From sequence record SRR31156797_4473: DNA of 64,000 nucleotides, one strand, 5' to 3'. Of the stretch, positions 51,834 through 61,789 are shown one piece after another. Positions within the stretch are counted from its first letter, which is position 1. Every line of letters starts with the position of its first letter. A program made the translations under genes and the position numbers. The notes beneath the pieces are model-generated. The model was given only the letters and a program-made list of their open reading frames with translations, was not told where the DNA came from and did not search any database.

Positions 51834-53687
51834 TTGTCTACCCAAGCCAAACAAAAAAAACGATCTTCGCCCTTAAAGCGAAAAAATCGAAAACCGTACA
51901 CCCATTCTCACATCTGCATCTTCCTGCTGATCATTGGTGGTATGGCCTCTTTGTTGGTGGGAGGAGGACTTGCATGGTTCATGCTCCTGGACATCCCGGA
52001 TATTCATTCAGTGAATGATTACCGTCCACAGGTAGCCACCATCGTCCTTGACCGAACAGGCAAACCGGTTGACGCTATATACAAACAGTACCGGATAATT
52101 ACTCCATTGAAAAAAATGCCGTCTCTCCTGCCCAAGGCTTTTGTTGCAGCAGAGGACAGCCGCTTCTGGGAGCATCCAGGACTTGACATTTGGTCCATCT
52201 TGCGTGCAGGTATCAATAATATCCGTTCAGGCAGACGCAGCCAGGGTGGATCGACCATCACCCAGCAGGTGACCCGATCTCTGCTGCTCACCAAGGAAAA
52301 AAGTTATACCCGGAAAGTTACCGAATCGATTCTCGCCTACAGAATCACCAAAATGCTCACCAAAGAGGAGATCCTCTATATTTACCTTAATGAAATCTAC
52401 CTTGGCGAAGGCGCCTATGGCATAGAGGCTGCTGCAAACCGTTATTTCGGTAAAAAATCAAGTCAGCTGTCTCTGGCTGAAATTGCTCTGCTCGCGGGTT
52501 TACCCCAGGCCCCCAGTCGATATTCTCCCCATAAAAAACCCAAAGCAGCCAAAGCCAGGCAACGATATGTACTTAACCGCATGGCCGAAGAAGGCCTGAT
52601 TACAGACGCTGCGGCCCGAAAAGCATACCAGCAGGAGCTACATTATACAGCACCGCATAAAGATAAAATAACCGCCGGATATTTCACTGCCCATGTCCGG
52701 AAAATCCTGGCAAAACAGTACGGTCAGAAAGCCCTTTTTCAGGAAGGGTTAACCGTGATGACCACCCTGGACAGCCAACTGCAGGCCCATGCTGTTCGTG
52801 CAGTAAAACAAGGGGTAAACCAAATAGCCAAACGACAAAAAACAAAAAATGTACCGCAAGGTGCACTGGTTGCAATGGATGCCCGCACCGGAAGAGTGCG
52901 TGCTCTAGTGGGTGGTTCCAATTATCAGCAGAGCCAGTACAACCGGGCTGTTGATGCAAACAGGCAGCCGGGATCTTCATTTAAACCTTTCACTTATGCA
53001 GCTGCATTTGAAAAAGGTAGGCACCCCGGCGACCTCATCAATGACGCCCCTTTTTCCATTCGTAACAGTGATGGGTCTGTATGGCAGCCAAAAAATTATA
53101 ACAACCGTTATCTGGGCCCAACCAGTCTGGCTGACAGCCTTATTCAATCTAACAATATCGTCAGTATCAAGCTGCTGCAGCAGACAGGACTCAAACCGGT
53201 TATTAGACTCGCCAAGCAGGCTGGTATAAGTGCAGACCTCCAGCCTGACCTGACCCTTGCCCTTGGCTCTTCACCTGTTTCTCTGCTTGAAATGACAGCA
53301 GGATATGCTGCCTTTGCCAATCAAGGACAAGCCATCCGACCCGTCTTTATTACCAGTGTTCGCGACCATAGAGGGAGACGACACCAGTGGCCGCAACCGC
53401 GCCCCAATAAAATACTCTCCCCTGGAACAGCTCAGCAAATGAAACGGCTCCTGACTCTTGCTGTCCAGCAGGGCACAGGACGGCAGGCAGCAGCAGTAAA
53501 TAATGCAGCCGGTAAAACAGGTACATCTGACAACAACACAGATGCCTGGTTTATTGGCTTTTCAAACAGACTGTTGGCTGGTGTCTGGTTAGGGTATGAT
53601 CGGAGTCAATCTCTGGGGAAAAAAGAAACTGGCGGGCGAGCCGCAGCACCGGTTTGGAAAACATTTATGCAGCAATCAAAGAAATAA
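51834..53687 (+). CDS. Class A penicillin-binding protein (PBP1A family)
   Basis: TM anchor, EDSRF, GGSTITQQ, RKVTE, YLNEIY (transglycosylase); SSFK, SNN, KTG (transpeptidase). Confidence 0.93.
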   Translation: MSTQAKQKKRSSPLKRKNRKPYTHSHICIFLLIIGGMASLLVGGGLAWFMLLDIPDIHSVNDYRPQVATIVLDRTGKPVDAIYKQYRIITPLKKMPSLLPKAFVAAEDSRFWEHPGLDIWSILRAGINNIRSGRRSQGGSTITQQVTRSLLLTKEKSYTRKVTESILAYRITKMLTKEEILYIYLNEIYLGEGAYGIEAAANRYFGKKSSQLSLAEIALLAGLPQAPSRYSPHKKPKAAKARQRYVLNRMAEEGLITDAAARKAYQQELHYTAPHKDKITAGYFTAHVRKILAKQYGQKALFQEGLTVMTTLDSQLQAHAVRAVKQGVNQIAKRQKTKNVPQGALVAMDARTGRVRALVGGSNYQQSQYNRAVDANRQPGSSFKPFTYAAAFEKGRHPGDLINDAPFSIRNSDGSVWQPKNYNNRYLGPTSLADSLIQSNNIVSIKLLQQTGLKPVIRLAKQAGISADLQPDLTLALGSSPVSLLEMTAGYAAFANQGQAIRPVFITSVRDHRGRRHQWPQPRPNKILSPGTAQQMKRLLTLAVQQGTGRQAAAVNNAAGKTGTSDNNTDAWFIGFSNRLLAGVWLGYDRSQSLGKKETGGRAAAPVWKTFMQQSKK

Positions 53688-53769
53688 ACCGGCTACAGTC
53701 TCATATGGTTGATAATACAATCAATCGGCCGCCTCTACGGAATACTCATACATCCTGCCTAAAACAGGC

Positions 53770-53934
53770 GTACTCATTCAGCATAAATCACAACATTGTC
53801 CTTTTTAGGCACGGCACCTGTTATTCAGTACCCCAAACGAGCACAATTGGATCGATTAAGCAGATATGCTCCGTCGTCAATCGGTATGCAAAGCGACGCA
53901 ATTGTTCCCAAGTGGGATGCTGCTTAATAGTTAC
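53770..53934 (-). repeat. Dispersed intergenic hairpin repeat, copy D (inverted, most diverged)
   Basis: tgctgcttaatagttac (53918-53934) is the reverse complement of gtaactattaagcagca. The opposite end is gtactcattcagc (53770), with a second end-like motif 47 nt inside. Internal stem acaattg/caattgt. Confidence 0.55.
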
Positions 53935-54007
53935 AAAATAATTAGGGTAAATGAAGACGATTACCGATATAGTTCTAACATACTCGTAACATCACATCTT
54001 TGGAGAA

Positions 54008-54286
54008 GTGATCATGGTAGATATCATTATCGGGCAGGTTCAACCTGTTGGGCCACCAGTTAAAAAAGCTGATACAGAATCCATTACTGTGGAAGCTGAA
54101 ATTCTTAATGTCAGGGCCCCGCGAAAACAAATACGACAACCATCCGGTGAAGAGCGGCGTAAGCAGTTCAGGCAAGACCCACACAATGGTCAAGTCTTGA
54201 CCCTCTTGGTCCCTAACGGCACGACCTTACCTAAAGACCTTGATGGCAGGAAGTACAAGGTAGTAATGCGAATTATAAAAAAGTAA
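54008..54286 (+). CDS. Small hypothetical protein with ERRKQFR motif
   Basis: 92-aa ORF in an otherwise empty gap, GGAG RBS upstream (start may be ATG54014), natural composition. No family recognised. Confidence 0.65.
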   Translation: MIMVDIIIGQVQPVGPPVKKADTESITVEAEILNVRAPRKQIRQPSGEERRKQFRQDPHNGQVLTLLVPNGTTLPKDLDGRKYKVVMRIIKK

Positions 54287-54287
54287 C

Positions 54288-54411
54288 GTGGCTATTCAGC
54301 AGCACCCGCGGAACCTGCTCCTCCCTCTCCGCACGATCAGGCAGTAAAACCTACCATTTTATAGTTATCCAGCCGACCTCTACGCATTTGGAAAACTGCT
54401 AAGCAGTTTCA
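54288..54411 (+). repeat. Dispersed intergenic hairpin repeat, copy C
   Basis: 54288-54349 vs 32119-32180: 42/62 identical, ungapped. 54381-54411 vs 32216-32246: 25/31 identical (manual counts). Confidence 0.75.
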
Positions 54412-54419
54412 AAATAACT

Positions 54420-54457
54420 AAAAACCCTTTTTTGCGCATAATGGCAAAAAAGGGTTC
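54420..54457. terminator. Hairpin/terminator between convergent genes
   Basis: 13-bp stem aacccttttttgc/gcaaaaaagggtt downstream of the glutamate synthase operon. Confidence 0.6.
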
Positions 54458-54496
54458 AGTGGTTGGGAGTTTAATATCGCTGAAAACGATATCAAA

Positions 54497-56872
54497 TCAA
54501 AAGGGCTGCATCACCCAGATAGCGCAGGGGCATGTGTCAACACAAAAGCCGCAGGCGATACACTTATTGTCATCAGAGACATACTCATAGTCAACACCGT
54601 CAGCGCCCTTTAGCTTTTCCTGCCTTGATATGGCATTCGTCGGACATATGGTTTCACACAGATGACAGTCTCGACAGGAGCCGCAGCTCAAACATCTTGC
54701 TGCCTGCTGATCCTCGGTGGCACCTTTATCTCTTTCTGGATCATAATGGGCAATGGTGAGATCTTCATATTTTATTAAACGCTGATTAAAAGGAAGCCAT
54801 GGTTCACCCTTTATTTCAGCGACAATAAATTCTGCAGTCCGCTTTCCAGCGCCAAGGGCATTTGTAGCGAGCCCCGGACGCTCCACGTCTCCGACAGCAA
54901 ATATTTTTTCATCACTCGTGCGACCTGTCTCATCACTCTTAATCCAGGACCCCCCTGCCACCTCAACCACTTCAACAGAGTCTGGCAGAAACGGCAGTTT
55001 AGGAATATCACCAATGGAAATGATAACAGTTTGTGCCGGAATCAAGCTACCATCGTTGGTTATCAACCCTTTATCAGTCACCTCCTGTGTCATCACTGGC
55101 CATTGAAACGTTGCTCCAAGTGCTTCAGCTGCTTCTCGTTCCTTACCAAAGGCTAGTGGCTTTTGGATATCCACCAGGGTTACCTGCTCTGCACCAAGAC
55201 GATAAGCCTCTGCTGCCACATCGCAACCAACATTACCCGCGCCGATCACCACAACCTGCTTTCCAGTGACCATCGGGGTATCACTTTTTGCTGCCTTAAG
55301 ATAGTTAAGGGCAGGAATAACTTTTTCATGCCCAGGAAAAGACAGAGTTTTAGGCAGGTGTGCTCCTACGCCTATGACAACATAATCATACTGCGTTTTC
55401 AGTTCTTCAACTTTTTCCTTGGTCAGACTGACGCCCAAATTGACATGAATATTTTCATATTTAAGAAAACGTTCAACCTCCATCTCCCACACAGCTTTAG
55501 AAAGCCGCTCCCAAGGGATGGTCTGGGCGAGTTTGCCGCCAAGTACCTTATCCTGTTCAAAGATATCAGCAGTAACACCATGCTGAGCAAGATGCCAGGC
55601 TACGGCCATACCAGCAGGACCACCGCCGATGACAGCCACTTTAGAGTCCATGGAAGGTTCAGGTACAGGCGGATCAACCTGTTGGACCGCACGGCCAAGG
55701 ACAGAGACATCAATGCTGTAATCGATCTTCTCCCTGGAACAATTCTGGATGCAGAGATTGGGACAAATGGTGCCACATACAGAGGCAGGAAAAGGAGTGT
55801 AACGAAGCAGCATTTCGTATGCTTCTTCGTTGCGTCCTTCACGTATCAGGCGTAACCGATCAATGGTAGGAATATGAATGGGGCAGTAAAACGTACATGG
55901 GGCAGCTGAATCACGGTTTGCCCAGTAAGGTTTTTTGCGGCGCATATCGCCTGTCTCAACCACCCCGATAACACTTCTTTCCAGGGCAGGAGCAAGATCC
56001 CGCAAAGGATCGCCTCCGTCAAAACCCGGAGTCCAAATGCGTCGACGAAACTCCTCCATGGGCATCGGCCCGGAAAACATCAGTGCTCTTTCCTGAGGGG
56101 TCACAGCATCAAGGACCTGCCATTCCTCCCGCACTGAAAGCTTCTCCAAAAGCTCAAGACGCTCTATAGATTCCAGGTAATCGGGAAGTTTTGCAATAAG
56201 CCACTGCCAATCTGCATCGGTTGGATCAGAAAGTTTGGCATTGGTTTTTGAATAGGTGCCGTCTGTCATGCCTCGGTAAAATATCTTACCGCCAACCATA
56301 CCGACACATGGACGGTACCCGAGAACATTCTCCGGATTTCTTGGTTCTACACCACAGATGACGCCAACACCGCCACAGTTAAACTCGGCAAAGGTATCAC
56401 CAACAGAACCAAGTACCCACATCTCAGGTTTTTCATATTCCGGATTCCATTTGGTCATGGTCAGACCACGGGCGCCTATGGATCCGCCAATCATCACCCG
56501 GCCGGCAGCCATGGCGTTACAAACACCATTGGTTGCATCTCCCTTAACAATAACATCAGCACCGATGTTGAGATACCCGACATCATCCGAGGCTGAACCT
56601 TCGCAGACAATAGTTGCTCCAGGCTGGCCCATACAACCAAGCCGCTGACCAACTGGTCCATTCACAGTGAGGTGCACAGGCCGTTGCTTTGATCCAAGCC
56701 GCAACCCTATGTTGTGTTGACCAAAAGACTCAAGGATCAGCTTGTCGCACGAGGCTGCTGCACCGCGAACCTCTTCCTCGAAAACCTTCGAGGATATGCG
56801 CTGATTATGTTCATCCTTACCTTGAACGATAATTACATTAGTGTTTTCTTGACTCATAGTATTTTCGATCAA
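54497..56872 (-). CDS. Glutamate synthase GXGXG (GltB3) domain fused to GltD-like FAD/NAD(P) oxidoreductase and 2x[4Fe-4S] ferredoxin domain
   Basis: N-terminal GXGXG beta-helix (GQRLGCM, GDTFAEF), CTFYCP...CGTICP, VIGGGPAG, IGAGNVGCD, CLSCGSCRDCHLC...CP, CIACGFCVDTCP. Start may be ATG56857. Confidence 0.88.
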   Translation of the reverse strand: MIENTMSQENTNVIIVQGKDEHNQRISSKVFEEEVRGAAASCDKLILESFGQHNIGLRLGSKQRPVHLTVNGPVGQRLGCMGQPGATIVCEGSASDDVGYLNIGADVIVKGDATNGVCNAMAAGRVMIGGSIGARGLTMTKWNPEYEKPEMWVLGSVGDTFAEFNCGGVGVICGVEPRNPENVLGYRPCVGMVGGKIFYRGMTDGTYSKTNAKLSDPTDADWQWLIAKLPDYLESIERLELLEKLSVREEWQVLDAVTPQERALMFSGPMPMEEFRRRIWTPGFDGGDPLRDLAPALERSVIGVVETGDMRRKKPYWANRDSAAPCTFYCPIHIPTIDRLRLIREGRNEEAYEMLLRYTPFPASVCGTICPNLCIQNCSREKIDYSIDVSVLGRAVQQVDPPVPEPSMDSKVAVIGGGPAGMAVAWHLAQHGVTADIFEQDKVLGGKLAQTIPWERLSKAVWEMEVERFLKYENIHVNLGVSLTKEKVEELKTQYDYVVIGVGAHLPKTLSFPGHEKVIPALNYLKAAKSDTPMVTGKQVVVIGAGNVGCDVAAEAYRLGAEQVTLVDIQKPLAFGKEREAAEALGATFQWPVMTQEVTDKGLITNDGSLIPAQTVIISIGDIPKLPFLPDSVEVVEVAGGSWIKSDETGRTSDEKIFAVGDVERPGLATNALGAGKRTAEFIVAEIKGEPWLPFNQRLIKYEDLTIAHYDPERDKGATEDQQAARCLSCGSCRDCHLCETICPTNAISRQEKLKGADGVDYEYVSDDNKCIACGFCVDTCPCAIWVMQPF

Positions 56873-58509
56873 CAGATATAATTAATTTTCAGCCGTTCAG
56901 CAGCGGCAGCATCATCAATTCCAAGCGCATCGGACATGCCTATCGGCAAACTCTGTGAGCGACCAAGTGGTGCCATTATTTTCTTCATCTCGGTACGAAT
57001 ACCCATGAAGGTATCGGCAACCCTCTGCGCCACATCGTCAGGATCAAGTCGACGATAGAGTTTTTCATTCTGGCTGGTAATCCCTTTGGGACAAATCCCG
57101 GTGTTGCAGACATTACAACGCCCAAGTTCATTACCGAGACATCCAGCTGCCGCCTGCATCATGTACTTGCCGATGTGCACGCCAGAGGCTCCGAGCATGA
57201 TCAATGCCATACCATTCTGGGTGACATTGCCATTCTTACCGATGCCACCAGCTGCAAAGAGAGGAATTTCATTCTGTTTCCCCTGTGCAACCAGATCGAG
57301 ATAACACTCCCTCAGGTTGGAAGCCACAGGATGGCCCGTAGCCTGCATACTCACATCATAAGCGGCCCCGGTTCCCCCATCAATACCGTCGATCATCAAC
57401 CCTGAGGCATAGGGGTTTCGAACCAGGTTATTCAACACGGCCTTGGCTGAAGTGGAACCGGAAATTTTAGGATACACCGGTACCCGAAATCCAAAAGCCA
57501 TTGACATGGTCTGGATCATTTTCATGACACTTTCCTCAATGGAATACAGTGTCTGATGTACCGGTGGTGATGGAAGGTCAACTCCTTCGGGAACACCTCG
57601 CAGACGAGCAATCAATTTGCTGACCTTAAACCACATCAACAATCCGCCGTCTCCAGGTTTGGCTCCCTGACCATACTTGATCTCAATAGCAGCAGGATCA
57701 CATTGCATATCAGGGATAGCGCGAATAATTTCATCCCATCCGAAATAACCGGATGCGATCTGAAGGATAATATATTTCAAAAATGGAGATTTTAAAACCC
57801 AGGGTGGGCACCCTCCCTCTCCCGTAGCCATGACTACCGGTATCCCCAGGACCTCGTTACAATATGCGACACCCTGCAACAATCCCAACCACATGTTGGG
57901 AGAAAGCGCACCAAAGGACATGGATCCGATGATAAAAGGAAACACTTCCCTGGTAGGTGGAATCCATTCTCCAGCAGTTTTTTTCTGTAAATAGTCCTCA
58001 GGGGACAATACCCTGCCAAGGATGGTATTATAATTAAACTCGTGGCGCCCTGCATCCAACGCTGGGTCTGTCAACATGGAGATGCGATCAAAAGAAATAC
58101 GATCAAGGATCGTTGGCCCGGTCGAATTCCTTCTTCCGCCCCTTTTATAAGCCTCACCCTTTTGATTATGGATAAAGTGAGACCGATTTTCATTCTGATT
58201 GGGTTCTGGTCCAATGGCTTCGTTGGGGCAGACCATTGAACACATACCGCAGCCAATGCATCGCTTGGCAATATCTGTCTGTTGGCGAATCCCTACAAAA
58301 TGACGATATTCATTGCCTCTTTTTTTCTTGAGTACATCAAGCTTAGGTACCCGCTGGCGCCTGTAAGTGAGGTAAATCGCACCTACAGGACATACAGAAG
58401 TACATCTGCCACAAAGAGTGCAGCGATCTTCCCGGTGCTTGATGACCCAAGGGAGGTCATGATAGGTTAAGCTGCTTGGGCCAGTGAAAACGGATCGAAC
58501 TGAGACCAT
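56869..58509 (-). CDS. Glutamate synthase FMN-binding subunit (GltB2-type) with N-terminal ferredoxin domain
   Basis: CTLCGRC..CP, CIGCGMC..CP, MSFGALS, TGEGG, QIASG, EIKYGQGAKPGDGG, GGTGA, CNVCNTGICPKGI. Confidence 0.92.
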   Translation of the reverse strand: MVSVRSVFTGPSSLTYHDLPWVIKHREDRCTLCGRCTSVCPVGAIYLTYRRQRVPKLDVLKKKRGNEYRHFVGIRQQTDIAKRCIGCGMCSMVCPNEAIGPEPNQNENRSHFIHNQKGEAYKRGGRRNSTGPTILDRISFDRISMLTDPALDAGRHEFNYNTILGRVLSPEDYLQKKTAGEWIPPTREVFPFIIGSMSFGALSPNMWLGLLQGVAYCNEVLGIPVVMATGEGGCPPWVLKSPFLKYIILQIASGYFGWDEIIRAIPDMQCDPAAIEIKYGQGAKPGDGGLLMWFKVSKLIARLRGVPEGVDLPSPPVHQTLYSIEESVMKMIQTMSMAFGFRVPVYPKISGSTSAKAVLNNLVRNPYASGLMIDGIDGGTGAAYDVSMQATGHPVASNLRECYLDLVAQGKQNEIPLFAAGGIGKNGNVTQNGMALIMLGASGVHIGKYMMQAAAGCLGNELGRCNVCNTGICPKGITSQNEKLYRRLDPDDVAQRVADTFMGIRTEMKKIMAPLGRSQSLPIGMSDALGIDDAAAAERLKINYIC

Positions 58510-59615
58510 ATTGTAAGTTCCTTACGTTCAGGTGGAATAATAACTGTATGCTCCCGCATGGGCTGGAAATCTAACGATGGATCGCGATCAGGTACAAGGG
58601 CATCGACCCCGCACATCTCTGATGCGATTGCCCAGGCACCAGGCCTACCACCGACTGTAGCCGGTCGCAGTTTTTTCTGATCCATAACCAGCAAACAGGT
58701 TTCATCGGGCAAGGTCCCAATCACCGCGTTAGGGCCATCGATTATGAGACGGCGACAGGCGGTGCGTAATCCCTTGAGGAATTCTCCCTGGGGATGCCTA
58801 TCAAGTTCTTCTGTTTTAAGGGGAGTGATAACATGCTTGTATACTTCAAGCGGTAACCCAAGAACTTTGGTTACGTAGTGGAGGATATGGGTAAACACCT
58901 CGGAATCGCTATGATAGCCAAGATAACCGGGGATATCGCGCCCCTCGAGATACTCCTTAATTGGCACAAAGGCACTGTTCTCACCATTGGTCATGGTAGA
59001 AATACCTTGGATAAAGAAAGGGTGGCAGGCATATAAATTGATACCGTAATTGGTATTCTGTCTGCCCTGGGCCATGACAACCCTTGCCCTGATGCGGTTA
59101 TCGTCAAGGCCGAGACCATCACCGACCTGCAATGGCCAACCGACCTCTTTAATAGTGATAACATCATGCCAGAGTGAGAAAACCGTTAAATCTCCACCAT
59201 GTTCTTCCCCGTCTTTGCGTAGGTTAAGACGGGTGGCGAGGAGCTCGGCTTCCTGCTCTTCTTTGGTCAGGCCTTCCCATGCTTCTGGCACTCTATAGAC
59301 CCTGACAACATATTTATATCGCGCCCGTGACCGTTCATCAATCACACCTTTACGACGCTCAAAATCATGTTGATACCTAAAATCATATCCAGAATCTGTC
59401 ATATAGTCGGCCATGCGGTTCAGGGCCCTCTCGGTATGGGCGATACCTGATAAAATTACATGACGGGGATGTAGTTTAAAATCTTCAAACTCGATTCCAC
59501 GCAGCAGCAGTCCCAGGCCACTGCCATCATATCCTTCCTGCATGGCCTCCATGGCATTAAGGACTTCGTATGGGGAAAACGGTTCATCTGCGCTTTTTAG
59601 AGCTAATCGGCACAT
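58467..59615 (-). CDS. Glutamate synthase amidotransferase subunit (GltB1-type, class II GATase)
   Basis: N-terminal MC nucleophile, RQNTN, HPF, NGE, DSE, KLRP, ASE. AGGAG RBS. Confidence 0.88.
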   Translation of the reverse strand: MCRLALKSADEPFSPYEVLNAMEAMQEGYDGSGLGLLLRGIEFEDFKLHPRHVILSGIAHTERALNRMADYMTDSGYDFRYQHDFERRKGVIDERSRARYKYVVRVYRVPEAWEGLTKEEQEAELLATRLNLRKDGEEHGGDLTVFSLWHDVITIKEVGWPLQVGDGLGLDDNRIRARVVMAQGRQNTNYGINLYACHPFFIQGISTMTNGENSAFVPIKEYLEGRDIPGYLGYHSDSEVFTHILHYVTKVLGLPLEVYKHVITPLKTEELDRHPQGEFLKGLRTACRRLIIDGPNAVIGTLPDETCLLVMDQKKLRPATVGGRPGAWAIASEMCGVDALVPDRDPSLDFQPMREHTVIIPPERKELTIWSQFDPFSLAQAA

Positions 59616-59741
59616 GCATTACTCCTGAATAGTCATTCTTGGAAGCGGATTTGACCAGGAAAACTGGCGATACAATACAAGCAGATGTAATTTCAGAGAC
59701 AGGGGATGTCTCATGAATTTAAGCTGAGTTGCAAGCATGAA

Positions 59742-59770
59742 AAGTTACAGAAACCCTGCAACCTTGTCAA
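59742..59770 (-). promoter_or_regulatory. Candidate sigma70 promoter for the glutamate synthase operon
   Basis: Minus strand TTGACA-17 nt-TAACTT. Confidence 0.5.
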
Positions 59771-59912
59771 GTGGAAAGGAGAATCCTTCACAAAAACGAA
59801 AAGTTACCATATCTTCAGATAACATTTTTGAAAACTTTTATACCAACAAACTCATTGATCTACAAAAAAGAAAACCTCCTTGAGCAATGGTACAGACAAG
59901 GAGATTTTACAA

Positions 59913-60161
59913 TTACTTGGTAAGTGCTTTGGATATATTCTTAGCCTTATCTACCTTGTCCTGCATTGCGGTAACTTCTCTGACGCCAGGCAGGCTTTTT
60001 TTAATATCCAGTCCCATATCCTCAACCTCATTGAGACCGTTTTTAAAGGAACCAATTGCCTTGCCAAGGCCAGCACCAATTTCAGGTATTTTTTTCCCAC
60101 CAAAAATAAGAAACGCTATACCTAAAATAACAATGAGTTCCGGTGTACCTAATCCAAACAT
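59913..60161 (-). CDS. tatA: Twin-arginine translocase TatA/E family subunit (copy 2)
   Basis: MFGLGTPELIVIL...IFGGKKIPEIGAGLGKAIGSFK. GAGGA RBS. Confidence 0.9.
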   Translation of the reverse strand: MFGLGTPELIVILGIAFLIFGGKKIPEIGAGLGKAIGSFKNGLNEVEDMGLDIKKSLPGVREVTAMQDKVDKAKNISKALTK

Positions 60162-60200
60162 AGCTATCCTCACTAAAAACGTAGTTACAGTCTTACCTGC

Positions 60201-60386
60201 TTACGCTTCAGGATCTTTTTTATCTTCTTCAATGGATTTTGATTCTTTTTCCTGCTTAGTAGCATCTTTAAAGTTTTTGATGCCTTTACCTATTCCACTA
60301 CCGATTTCAGGCAGTTTACCTGCACCAAAAATGATAACGATAATAACAAGAATAATTATCAATTCGGGCATTCCAAGACCGAACAT
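60201..60386 (-). CDS. tatA: Twin-arginine translocase TatA/E family subunit (copy 1)
   Basis: [13 protein letters not shown]...[30 protein letters not shown]. Confidence 0.93.
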   Translation of the reverse strand: MFGLGMPELIIILVIIVIIFGAGKLPEIGSGIGKGIKNFKDATKQEKESKSIEEDKKDPEA

Positions 60387-60429
60387 AAGGGCTACCTCTT
60401 TGTAGTTTACTTTACTGTTAAATCTGCGA

Positions 60430-60459
60430 ACAATAGCATTTCAAGCGGTGAACTGTCAA
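60430..60459 (-). promoter_or_regulatory. Candidate sigma70 promoter for the tatA pair
   Basis: Minus strand TTGACA-18 nt-TATTGT with TGn extension. Confidence 0.45.
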
Positions 60460-60470
60460 CCGGCATTCTT

Positions 60471-61787
60471 TTACTTTCCGATTCCTACCGCGATTTCCTG
60501 TATTTTACGTATAATGGCAGTTTCATCAAGGGTAAGTAATTGACGTTCCTCCATCACCACCTTGCCATTAATTACGGAATGAATAACATCACCGCCTCTT
60601 GCCGCATATACAAGATGTGAAATAGGATTATACAAAGGAGTCAGATGGGGCTGATCAAGGTCGATGACGATGCAGTCAGCTTTTTTTCCAACCTCAAGTG
60701 ATCCTATCACCTTCTCTGCACCAAGAACTCTTGCACCACCTATGGTCCCAGCGCGAAGGGTTGACACCGCATCCATGGCAGTGGGATCCATGCAGGTAAC
60801 TTTATGTATCTTGGCCGCGGTATTCATCTCACCAAACATGTCAACGTCGTTATTGGAGGCGGCACCATCGGTACCAATACCCACTGTTACCCCTTGACCA
60901 ATAAGTTTTGGTACAGGCGCTACACCTGACGCTAACTTCATGTTGGACTCTGGGCAGTGAACAACCTTCACGCCTCTTTCTGCCATAAGCGCAATCTCAT
61001 CATCTGTGACCATCACGCAGTGAGCAGCTACGACATTCTTGCCTAAAAGACCGAGTTGTTCCAAATGCTGAACAGGCGAACATCCATAACGTTCTCTGCA
61101 GGTATTGACCTCATCGCTGTTTTCTGAAAGATGGATATGGTACAATCGGTCGTTGTCTCTGGCCATGTTGCCCAACCGGACCAACAGGTCTGGGGAACAT
61201 GTATAAACAGCGTGGGGATCAAGGGTTATCTCAATCAAATCATGATGGCGGTACTGCGCAAGCAGATCTTTGGTGTAGGCAAAACCGTTTACTAGTTCAC
61301 CGTAATTTGGTGAAGGAAAATCATATAATACCTCCCCTATCCAGGCACGCATACCTGCCTGCTCCACAGCACGACACACATCAGCTGCAAAAAGGTACAT
61401 ATCACAGAAAGCTGTAGTGCCTGACTTAATCATTTCACATAGTGACAACAGGGTGGCGCTGTACACCATGTCACCCGACAGGGTTGCCTCAACAGGGAAG
61501 ATGTAATCCTGCAACCACTGCATGAGCGGTAAATCATCTGCGAGTCCTCTAAAACAAGACATGGCAGCATGGGTATGGGAATTCACAAGCCCGGGCATAA
61601 TCAACCCGTGCTCTTCAGCTATGATCTTTTTGGCGCTGTAGCCAGAACAAATTTCCCCGGCGCTTCCACGTGCAACAATAGTCCCATCGTTGATAGCCAG
61701 CCCACCCTGCTCAATAAGGGTCTCCTCCTTATCCATAGGAAGCAGGTACCGACCGGTCAGGATCAAATCAACTTGCTTGTTTTTCAT
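60471..61787 (-). CDS. mtaD: 5'-methylthioadenosine/S-adenosylhomocysteine deaminase (amidohydrolase)
   Basis: PGLVNSHTH, RGLADDLPLMQWL, HIHLSE, HCPESNMKLASG, GTDGAASNN. Confidence 0.85.
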   Translation of the reverse strand: MKNKQVDLILTGRYLLPMDKEETLIEQGGLAINDGTIVARGSAGEICSGYSAKKIIAEEHGLIMPGLVNSHTHAAMSCFRGLADDLPLMQWLQDYIFPVEATLSGDMVYSATLLSLCEMIKSGTTAFCDMYLFAADVCRAVEQAGMRAWIGEVLYDFPSPNYGELVNGFAYTKDLLAQYRHHDLIEITLDPHAVYTCSPDLLVRLGNMARDNDRLYHIHLSENSDEVNTCRERYGCSPVQHLEQLGLLGKNVVAAHCVMVTDDEIALMAERGVKVVHCPESNMKLASGVAPVPKLIGQGVTVGIGTDGAASNNDVDMFGEMNTAAKIHKVTCMDPTAMDAVSTLRAGTIGGARVLGAEKVIGSLEVGKKADCIVIDLDQPHLTPLYNPISHLVYAARGGDVIHSVINGKVVMEERQLLTLDETAIIRKIQEIAVGIGK

Positions 61788-61789
61788 AT

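Noticed and set aside
59887..60405. 172-aa plus-strand ORF with an internal duplication
   Set aside because: It is the antisense mirror of the two tatA genes, whose paralogy explains the duplication.
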